A DNA stretch of 64,000 nucleotides. It comes from Prasinococcaceae sp. CCMP 1430 (taxonomy: Eukaryota; Plantae; Prasinodermophyta). The DNA lies in NCBI GenBank assembly GCA_013416795.1, contig RQSC01000032.1, positions 62,001-126,000 of the forward strand. Reading direction: 5' to 3'. Positions within the stretch are counted from its first letter, which is position 1. The number at the start of each line of letters is the position of its first letter. Of this stretch, positions 41,566-50,468 are shown piece by piece. Both the position numbers and the translations under genes were made by a program. The notes beneath the pieces were generated by a model. It was not told the DNA's origin. It made no database searches and saw nothing but the letters and a program-made list of their open reading frames with translations.

Positions 41566-43308
41566 ATGGGCGATGCAGGGGCGGGGCGCGCGACGCGCGC
41601 GGCGCAGCGCGCGCTCCTCGAAGGGGGCTTCTGCAGCGACGTGGTGCTCCGCGTGGCCCGTGGCGGTTGGAGCGCGCCCGCTGGGGCTGCGAGGGCGAGC
41701 AGGTGGCCGCCCCCCACCAGCGAGGAGCCCACGGACGGCGGCGAGGGCGGCGCGCTCGACGCGGATGCGCGCGCAGCGCTGGATGAGCTCTTTGCTCGCG
41801 ACGCGTGGCCGCTGCACAAGCTCCAGCTCGCGCTCAACGGCGACAGCGAGTACTTCCGCACCGCCTTCCAGGGCGAGCGCTGGAGCGAGAGCAGTGGTGA
41901 GGTGGCGCTTCCCGCAGACGTTCCGGGCGGGCGCGAGGGCGTCTGGCTGTGCATCATGCACTGCTATCAATACGACGCCGTCGCGGAGGCGCGCTCGAAG
42001 GGTCTCCTCTTGCATCTGCTCGCGGCAGCGGAATACCTCCAGTTTGCCAATGGCGAGCATACACTCGTACGCTGCGCGCAGGCAGCCGTGCGGGAGGAGC
42101 TCGGGGCGCACGGCGCTGAAGGCGCGGCTGCGGCCCTGCTGGCGAGCATGCAGCCGGAAGCATTCGGGGCGAAGGTCGACGGCGACGTCGATGCTGTCGA
42201 GGCCTGTTGTGTCAACCTCGCCGAATCGCTGGTAGAGCTCGGTGGGACGGACAAGGAAATCGCGGTGCGCGGGGTGGTCGAGATCATCAAGGACCTGCCT
42301 ACGGATCTTTGGCGCGAAGTGTTGGACGCAGACGCGATGGCCGTTGCGACGCCAGAGGCGGTGGGGACCCGCGCAAACCTTGCGTGCTCTCTGCTGGCGG
42401 CTCGAGTCGACCTGGTGCGCGATGCGAACGCAGCTGATCTGCAATACTTCGTCGAGGTCATACGGGCGGTGGAAGACTCGGACGACTTGTGCTGGGATGT
42501 GGAGGACGCCAAATACATCGCGGCAATCGGCGTCGCGATGGCGCGTCGCGGGAGTACTGCGGATGCCAAGCTCGTTGAGGTTCACCTCAGGGTGGGAGAT
42601 GATGTCCGCGTGTCCGTCAGGACCGCTGATGCAGAACACAACGTCGAGATGGCCTGCTCGATGCTGTCGGCCAACCTCGAGCTGCTGGTCGAAGACTGCG
42701 AGGCCTTCCACTTGCTTACGGCGCTGCCAGTCGCTCTGCTCGCCCGGCTCGCCCCTAAGGTTGCAGACCTGGATCTAGCGGCAAGCGCCGCATCGTTTGC
42801 CGTTGACCAGCTGCTGTACCGCGCACAGGAAGAAGACACTTCGGCTCATCCAACCGCACTGGACATCCTGGCCACGTGCCAGGCGTACGACCTTGGTGCC
42901 CTGACTCCGCAAGGCCACGAGTCTCTCTTCGACCTCGTTGACGTGGCGGCTCGAAAGCTGAGCGCCGCGGGGCGGCCGGGTCCTGCCGCGGCAGAGCTGG
43001 GCGCGAAGCTTGGCGCGTTGGTGCAGTTTGAGCTCTTGTCCGACGACGCTATCGAGCGCGCGTTGCAAACGCCGCTACTTCCTGCGGCGAACATCGTGAG
43101 GTCGCTACTGCGTGGCAGACGGCAAAGCAATTTTGAGGGGGAGAGCAAGATAGCGAAAGAGCGGACCAATCTTCTGAGGGAAAACAAGATGCTAATCGAG
43201 AGGATTGGCAAGCTCGAGCGGGAGAACACAGCGCTGAGGGCGAAAGGGGGGCGGCGCACACCGCGCGTGCGCAGCTCGTACAACGGCGCGCGATTCTACC
43301 AGTACTGA
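41566..43308 (+). CDS. BTB/POZ protein with an NPH3-like C-terminal domain and coiled coil (NRL-like)
   Basis: BTB: SDVVLRV...WPLHKLQLALNGDSEYFR. NPH3-like: HESLFDLVD and LLSDDAIERALQTPLLPAANIVRSL. Coiled coil: LLRENKMLIERIGKLERENTALR. Confidence 0.6.
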   Translation: MGDAGAGRATRAAQRALLEGGFCSDVVLRVARGGWSAPAGAARASRWPPPTSEEPTDGGEGGALDADARAALDELFARDAWPLHKLQLALNGDSEYFRTAFQGERWSESSGEVALPADVPGGREGVWLCIMHCYQYDAVAEARSKGLLLHLLAAAEYLQFANGEHTLVRCAQAAVREELGAHGAEGAAAALLASMQPEAFGAKVDGDVDAVEACCVNLAESLVELGGTDKEIAVRGVVEIIKDLPTDLWREVLDADAMAVATPEAVGTRANLACSLLAARVDLVRDANAADLQYFVEVIRAVEDSDDLCWDVEDAKYIAAIGVAMARRGSTADAKLVEVHLRVGDDVRVSVRTADAEHNVEMACSMLSANLELLVEDCEAFHLLTALPVALLARLAPKVADLDLAASAASFAVDQLLYRAQEEDTSAHPTALDILATCQAYDLGALTPQGHESLFDLVDVAARKLSAAGRPGPAAAELGAKLGALVQFELLSDDAIERALQTPLLPAANIVRSLLRGRRQSNFEGESKIAKERTNLLRENKMLIERIGKLERENTALRAKGGRRTPRVRSSYNGARFYQY

Positions 43309-45696
43309 GCGGCAGCTCGCGCCATCCTGGCGGTGCGTATCCTCGTCACAGGCGCGCGCGCCGGAAGTAGTAGACTTCGAGTTGGACCACTGGTGCATTA
43401 GAGAGGGCTTAATACTGTAGCTGTTGCGTAGCACGCGCTGGGGACCTGGCATGCCGCACTGTTGCCGCGCCGAGAGCTCGCGCCACGTCGACGCGGCGCC
43501 GAACGTTCCTCTTCTTTGCCATTTGGGTCAGACCCTGTTTCGGCGTCGCGTCGTCGAGGGCGGATGCGTTTTGATGGCGGATGCGTTTTGATGGGAATGC
43601 GCCGCGTTCTGGACGGGCGGGAGTGCACGGCGGCCGTCCCAGCCGCCGGGCAGCCGTCGGCGCACTGCCATCAAAATGAGTGCGTGCGAGCAGGCGTGGT
43701 TAGGGCGCAAGGTCGCGGCCGCCACAGGGTGGGCAGCGCGCGCCGCGGCGACGCGGCGACGCCGGCGCAGGAGGAGGAAGAGCGAGAGGGTCGCGGGTGG
43801 CGGCCTGGAGGGTGGAGAGGGAAAGCTGCACGCGCCCGACGCCGTTATTGCCGCCGATGCCGCCACCTCGGGGACGGCGCGGTCCGGGCGCGCGTCCGGC
43901 GGGTGGCGGCAGAACCCTGTGCGGGCGCTGGCCGGCTCGGCGCGGGGCGGTGTAGGCCCGCGCGCGGGTGGGTGCCTCGGACGGCGACGAGGTACGCTCG
44001 AGCGCGTACAGCCACCAGCTGACGCGAACCGCGCTCCTGGCCGTGCTGATCATAAACTCTAATCGTCCAGCTCACTACTAGAAGCGCCTCACTGCCCGGG
44101 CACAACATTTGCTTTCGTGCTCGGGCGCCGGGGAAAAGCTCAATGACGAGACTTATGCGTTCCACGTTTACACGTCCTATTCTGAACGGCCCTTTCTGTC
44201 GCCTGAGTGGCGCACGACTGCCCCCGCCGTGGTTGCGGCGCGGTGCCTGCCCTCCTCTTCCGGAGGCATGCCGCGCCGCACCGCGCGCGTGGTGCATGCG
44301 TCGCCAGCGCGACGAAAGTTTTTGGCGCGAGCGCCCCATGCCCAGCCAGCCTCAGCGAGTGCTGACCCCGGGCCGCCGTTCCCACGCGACCGCAGGCTGC
44401 TTGGCATGCAGGAAGCTAGCGCGCGCGCCGCCATGGGCCCGCCTCCCAAGCACAGCTGGAGGTACGCCGCACGAAGTGCGCCCGCAGTCGTCCGTGGCAC
44501 CCTGGATGTGACGAACGTGCCAAAATATTTCTGACACCTCTTGTACGAGGCGCATGTGGGCGACCCTTGCGCTGATGAACGGAGTATGCACCCAATCCGA
44601 TCCTCGCTGCGCGGAACGCGCGCCAGATGTGCAGTCAGCGGGCGAGTGGGCTGACCCCAAGGGCTGTGCGCTCTGCATCGCAGGATGTCGGCGTGGAGCG
44701 CATGCGCGACGGCCTCGACGGCCGCAGGCTTCTTGACGCATTGCGGCAGCCTCGTCTGAGGGTACGTGTTGCCACGCTGTTACGCGACACGCACTGCGCT
44801 GCCTGCCGCGATGTGCCCGGGCAATGATGAAAACCTCTTGAGGCTGTTTGTTAGAAGTGGCTTGCCACTGTGCGCATACCAATCACCAAATCGACTTCTT
44901 CTTCCACTGCCAGCCCTTGGGCGCACTTCGCGCGTACTTTGGACGAAGCGAGCACGCGCATCGTGCTGACATGCAGCTCGGCCTGTGATGCGCGTGGTTG
45001 CTCCTCTCAGGTTGGTCCCTGGCGTGCCTCCTCCGCTCTCTCGCCCTCACCAGGACCGCAATGGCACCGGGCAACGCCCTGGCAAAGGTGTGTTTCCCCT
45101 TCGCCACGGTGCTTTGCACCGCTGAGCGTGCGACACCTTGGCCTCTAGGTATCTAGTACTGTGATCCCTGATCAGATGCTTCAGAAAATTGGCCGACAGT
45201 GAAACGATGCCTTCTTGCGACGCGCGGGCGGCCACACCATGCTGCTACGTGCTACTATCCGGCGCGGACATTGCCGCACTTGCGTGCATGCTCAATGCGT
45301 GCATCCGTGCACGCCCCGCTGCCGTCGCTGACGTCGGCCTCTGCCACATTTGCCACGTACTCAGGCATAGCCAAGACCTACGTGCCGACGCGGCACGGGT
45401 GTCGCTGACAAACACCTCAATTCGAGGGGCAAGCGAGGAGAAGGACCACGCTACGAATGGTGTCTTCCTGACACCGGCACTTTGGACTGGTCCGGGCCAT
45501 CACCCTTCGCACCTGCGTTCCGATGCCTGCTCGCGCTGGTGTCGCCTCGTGTGTCGCGTGCTCGCGTGGCGATTGGCATCTTGTGGTGCATGGGTGCCAT
45601 GGAGTGGGGGACGCGCGACACCGCGCGCGGTGGAGCAGCACATGGAGTGTGTGGCCTATGTTTACAAGGGGACGTTGCTCGTCTCTGCGCGGTAGA

Positions 45697-46512
45697 TCAC
45701 TTGAGCAGCGCGCGGGCGAGCTGTTCGCGCGCCGAACCAAGCGCCTGTGAGAAGGACTGCTCGCCGATGGGCGTGTCCTCAGCCCCCCGCATAGCCACAC
45801 GGCTCGCGACGATGCCCGGGTCGGTCTCGAGCACGTTGCCCCCGTCGACGATCTCGTCGAGCACCAGCAGCACCAGGTCGAGATTCTCCAGCAGCGTGCG
45901 ACGCTCCACCCCCGAGCGAACCAAGATCCCGATGGCCTCTGTGAGCGCCGTCAGCACGATGTTAAGGACCAGCTCGTTGTCCTCAGCATCGCCAACAACG
46001 AAGAACATGAGGTCACCGATGAACTTGTACACAACAATCACGTTGTCAAACATGATGATCTCAGCTGTGCAGGAGTGCGCGAGACGGCAGGTGCATGCGT
46101 CAGCCGAGTGCGCGCGAAGGGCGTCGTGCATTGTGCGTGTGGGTGGGGGCGGGAGACGGGGTGAAAAGGGAAGGGGGGGGGGGTGAAGAGGGGGGGGCAA
46201 ACGGCGTCGGCGAACCGGACAAGAGACAATACCGGGCGGGATTGGACTGCCACGGCATCAACCCTAAGAAGAGTTCGTACGCTATGAAGGCATGGCCTGG
46301 GGCGTCACGCCAGCTCGCGCCTGCCGCGCACGTGCGCGCTGACGCACCCTCCCCACGCGCATTCGTTCGGCTGGTCTTCGCATAGAGACTTTTCTCGAAG
46401 GCCAGCTGCTCGCTCAGCTCCTGTGACTCCGCGTCATAGTACTTGACCGCAACTCGCTTGCCGTCCGAGTCGAGCACAAGCATCGACTTCACAGCCGGCG
46501 TCGATGCGCGCA
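45697..46512 (-). CDS. COPZ1: Coatomer subunit zeta; exons 46348-46512 and 45697-46064; first exon/ATG unresolved
   Basis: VKSMLVLDSDGKRVAVKYY, FEKSLYAKT, DNELVL and LLENLDLVLLVLDEIVDGG. Confidence 0.93.
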
Positions 46513-47017
46513 CTGCAACGCAGGCGCGGACGTGGAGAGAACGGCGCGGAGGACGACAGGAGTAGAGGGGTCAGTTGAGGGTCGCGTTGCAGGAGGTACA
46601 CGCCTGCCGCGCGCTGCGCATGCGCTGCACGCGTGCTGGCGCTCGCGCTGATCGGATGTGCGGAGCGAACGCAGAACCGCACCCTCAACGCGCGCTCTCC
46701 CCGCGGGCGCGGGAGACGCCGCGAGGCGCCGCCGCTCGGCGCGCAGCGCGCTCTGGCCGGCGCCCCCGGCGTGCGCCTTCGCGTGCGGCGCGGCCCCGCC
46801 GCCAGCTCCCAACACCCCCTCTTTCCCAACCCGTGCGCTTTGATCTGCGCCCAAATTTCATCATCGAAGTTCCTGAAAGTCGTCTCGTTTTTCATCGTTC
46901 TTTATGGACGAAAATGCGGGAAGTGTGTGAATCCGCAGCCCGGCGTCCCCGGCCGCGCCACTCTCACCCCCTCCAGCGCGCGGGCGCGAGCAGCACGCGC
47001 GCGGCTCGCGTTCCTTG

Positions 47018-49111
47018 ATGCGGACAACTCATTATCAAGCATGCTCGGGCGCCGGGCGGCGCGCGTGGGGGGTCGCGGGCGTGTGCTTCGCGCGCTTCGC
47101 GTGGGGGATCACCGTCGCTGCGCTGCAGAGGGCGGCCGCGCGGCGGGTCGTCGCGCAGCCGCACGCGGACACGCAGGCTGTGAAGCGCATCTACGACGCG
47201 CTCGACGCACTGTCAGTGGCGGGGAGCGCACTGTCTGTCGGCGAGGCGGTCGCCGCTGCGCTTTTGACAGCGGCGGCCGCGACATGTTCGGGTGCGAGGG
47301 GGCTGTCTTGGGCGGCCGTCGCACTCGCATGGGTGGCCTTCGCAGCCTGGGCTGGCCGAGGCGCGCTCTCGTGGCGCAGGCTGCTGCGCGGCGGAGGAGA
47401 GGACGCGTGGTCGGCACACATGCACCAGAGCATTCGCGCATTTCATCGCCGCACGCTGTGGGCTGCCGCGTTGTTCGCGTGCGATGGTCCGCTCCCCGTT
47501 GACGTTGGCGCGGCGGCCTCGAAGGCCGCTGATGCGCCTGCCGCACTGCTCGTGCCGGTCCGGTCTACCGGTCTAAACGTGCGTTGGCTAGTGTGGGCGA
47601 TGGCAAAGAATGAGCGCGCGGCGCGCGGGAACTGTGGCGATGAGATGTGCGGCGATCACGCTGGCAGCACGCGTGGCCAGCGACCCGGTGCCGACGAGCT
47701 GCGACGCATCGCGCGCGCCCTGCACTTCTCCGTAGCCGCGTACACGGGACCGACGCTCGACTTCGGCAGGGCCGCAGCGTGCCTGCCGCCGATCGGCCCA
47801 ATGGCCCTATGGGCGTACCGACAGGGTGCGTGCACTCCATGGCGGTGGGGCCGCACGCAGGCCGTCCGTGGGGACAACATGATCGGCGGGCATGGCACTG
47901 CATGGCGCGCGTACCTGTCTCGCGGCGGAGTCGGAGGGGAGCTGCTCCACGCACGCTTGCCGCAGCGGGGGGCGCCAGCGAGCGAGCACTCGCACTTCTT
48001 TCTTCATGCCGATGACGAAAAGCGCGAGCTCGTGCTCGCTGTGCGCGGCACGAGCCGCGTGCTCGACTGCGTCATGGACGCCAGCATGCGCCCCGTCAAA
48101 TGGAGCGATGGCATGTACACGCACGGATGGGCAGCCGCTCTCGCCGACGGAATCCTGAAGGAGCTACGCGGTGGGGAGATGCTCGACGTTATGCTGCGCG
48201 AGGGAGGGCGCTGCCCCGGCTACGCCCTGACCCTCACTGGTCACTCCCTCGGTGCCGCTGTTGCCACGCTCCTGACCCTCAAGCTGCGCGCGTATCTTGG
48301 CGAATCTGTTCGTGTGCTGTGCGTGGCCATCAGCCCGATGCCATGCCTGAACGCTTCGGCGGCGCGCACGGCAGGCGTGGACTGCATGGTGACATCCGTC
48401 GTCTACAACAATGAAGTGGTGCCGTACCTTAGTATGGCACACTGTGCGCGCCTAATTGCAGCAGCCTCGAGCGGCGCAGCGGAGGGGGATGGCACGCCAC
48501 CGGCAGACTGCCCAGGTGTCGCGCGAGGGCAGTGCTTCAGTACCTGCGCAGGCCTCGGTCTTCAGTGCGCGTGCGGTTCATGCCGTGGCTCGGGTGCTGC
48601 ATGGGCGAGGCACGACGCGTGGGCGGGCACGACTTCCGACGTCCTCGTGCAGGCGCAAAGCACCAGTGGTCAATCGCAGGCGAGCACGGCGCCGATGGGC
48701 TCTGATGAGGGCGAAGGCTTGGGTGCCGAGGACGACGCTCCGCGCGAACTCGTTGCGCCGCAGGCACCGCCCGCCCCTCGTGAGCCTGAGCTCTCTCAGA
48801 TTTCGGTCGGCGCCGGTGAGGCCATCATCGCGATAGACGTGGATGTGCCCCCAGCGACACGCGCCGATCGGTGTGCCGCTGGCGCGAGCGCCGTGTGCGA
48901 GCTCGTGGAGGACCTCTATATCCCGGGGCGCGTGGTGCACGTGCGCCGCGATGGAGCGAGGTGGGGTGGCAAGCACATTGCTGAGGTGGTCGAGCTGGGC
49001 GGTTTGGACCAACGCTGGCGTGAGTTGCGGCCGCTCAGGCCTCGTGCTCTCGTGGACCACGTCCCGATGCGGCTCGAGGCCGCTTGTAGGGAACTGCTCG
49101 CCGAGCTCTGA
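47018..49111 (+). CDS. Lipase class 3 (DAG-lipase-like) with N-terminal hydrophobic segments
   Basis: ELVLAVRGT, nucleophile elbow LTGHSLGAAVA, VVYNNEVVPYLS, LYIPGRVVH and LVDHVP. Confidence 0.85.
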   Translation: MRTTHYQACSGAGRRAWGVAGVCFARFAWGITVAALQRAAARRVVAQPHADTQAVKRIYDALDALSVAGSALSVGEAVAAALLTAAAATCSGARGLSWAAVALAWVAFAAWAGRGALSWRRLLRGGGEDAWSAHMHQSIRAFHRRTLWAAALFACDGPLPVDVGAAASKAADAPAALLVPVRSTGLNVRWLVWAMAKNERAARGNCGDEMCGDHAGSTRGQRPGADELRRIARALHFSVAAYTGPTLDFGRAAACLPPIGPMALWAYRQGACTPWRWGRTQAVRGDNMIGGHGTAWRAYLSRGGVGGELLHARLPQRGAPASEHSHFFLHADDEKRELVLAVRGTSRVLDCVMDASMRPVKWSDGMYTHGWAAALADGILKELRGGEMLDVMLREGGRCPGYALTLTGHSLGAAVATLLTLKLRAYLGESVRVLCVAISPMPCLNASAARTAGVDCMVTSVVYNNEVVPYLSMAHCARLIAAASSGAAEGDGTPPADCPGVARGQCFSTCAGLGLQCACGSCRGSGAAWARHDAWAGTTSDVLVQAQSTSGQSQASTAPMGSDEGEGLGAEDDAPRELVAPQAPPAPREPELSQISVGAGEAIIAIDVDVPPATRADRCAAGASAVCELVEDLYIPGRVVHVRRDGARWGGKHIAEVVELGGLDQRWRELRPLRPRALVDHVPMRLEAACRELLAEL

Positions 49112-49276
49112 GCTACGGAGCGCCAAGTGCGCGCGTCGCCCTTGTAATCTGAAACGAATTGTATATGTACACACGATGATACAGGTGGGTTGGATGGCGC
49201 GCAGGTGCGCCAGTGTCGAGATCCTCAGCGCGTCGCCGTGCCATGGATTCCATAGCATGCGGGCTGAGTGCATGCC

Positions 49277-50116
49277 TCAGCTGGTGCCAGTCACGTGCGC
49301 ATGCAGCGGCGACGATGGGTCGACGAGTGCAACATTCCGGGCGACACTTGAGCTCGGCATTGCTGGCCCCGCGGCGGCCGCTGCTTGGCCCGTAGCGCTG
49401 CTGCCGCTCACGTCTTCAGCTTCCCCTTCCACAGTAAGTGCCACGGGTACAAGAGTCGCATACGCATTCGCCTGCACCGCCTGAAGGTGCGCGTTGAAGA
49501 TGTCAGCGAACGCGCGCGCGTCTGCGTTGCCACCGAGAAAGCTCAATGTGAATTGGCCGGCGCCGACGAGCCCACTGCAATACTCGGTCGGCTCGACGAC
49601 GCCGCTCAGTTCCCATCCGCCGAACATCTTCTTGCGGCCCTGTGTGCACGCATGTTGTGCCGTCGAGCGTGACCATCGGGTCAGCAGGCGTACGCAGGCG
49701 GAGGCGACACGGCGAGGGGTGGCAGCCCACAGCGGTGCAGGTGAGCGCGGCGCCGCGCGGCAGCAGTGCGTAGAGACGAATACCGCCATTCGCACACAGC
49801 GCGCACACACCTTGGCCCCTTGGCGCACATTCAGGTGAGGCATCTCAAACCCCACGAAGTGCATCGCCGATGGCGATGTCACGAAGACAGTACGCTGATT
49901 CGACACGAACGCTCGGCCCTGGCCGTAGTGCGAGCCGCCGAGCCCAGGGTGCCCGCCGCCAGACTCGATCGCAAAGCGCACGTTTGGGTGGAAGGCGAGC
50001 ATCTGCTCGTGCTCGCGCAGCGCGGGGGCGCGCTCGCCGGACTCGAGCAGGTCTTCATCGTAGATGCACGACATCGCGGAGCCTTTGCCAGGATTGGCAC
50101 CGGGCGACGACGCCAC
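49277..50116 (-). CDS. WBP2/GRAM-like PH-fold protein, 2 exons (49811-50116, 49277-49639)
   Basis: GQGRAFVSNQRTVFV, FEMP, KMFGGWELSGVV and FTLSFLGG; canonical intron. Confidence 0.6.
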   Translation of the reverse strand: MASSPGANPGKGSAMSCIYDEDLLESGERAPALREHEQMLAFHPNVRFAIESGGGHPGLGGSHYGQGRAFVSNQRTVFVTSPSAMHFVGFEMPHLNVRQGAKVCARCVRMAVFVSTHCCRAAPRSPAPLWAATPRRVASACVRLLTRWSRSTAQHACTQGRKKMFGGWELSGVVEPTEYCSGLVGAGQFTLSFLGGNADARAFADIFNAHLQAVQANAYATLVPVALTVEGEAEDVSGSSATGQAAAAAGPAMPSSSVARNVALVDPSSPLHAHVTGTS

Positions 50117-50468
50117 TCGTGGCGGTGCCGCCGCCGCCGCCTCTGACGCGCGAGTGTGCCGAGCTCACCGTGGCACCGCCCACCCTCGCTCCACCTGTCT
50201 CCGCCTCCCGCGGCCGCGCCCCGGCACCAGGTGACACGAGGACCTCCTTCTCCCTCCCGTCCACCGCCGCGGTCCGCCTTGCCACCACGCGGCGGGCGCC
50301 GCACGCGCATGGTGTGGCGAGTGACATCAGACACCTGGCTGTCACCTGCCGTAGAACGAGCAGTTTCGTTTTGCGTACCGCTGTCGCCCGGGGGTGCTGC
50401 CACACCGCGAGCGCAGCGCGCTGGTGGCGACGCAGGTGGGCCGGTGTGGGTATGTGTCGGGGGTGCGA

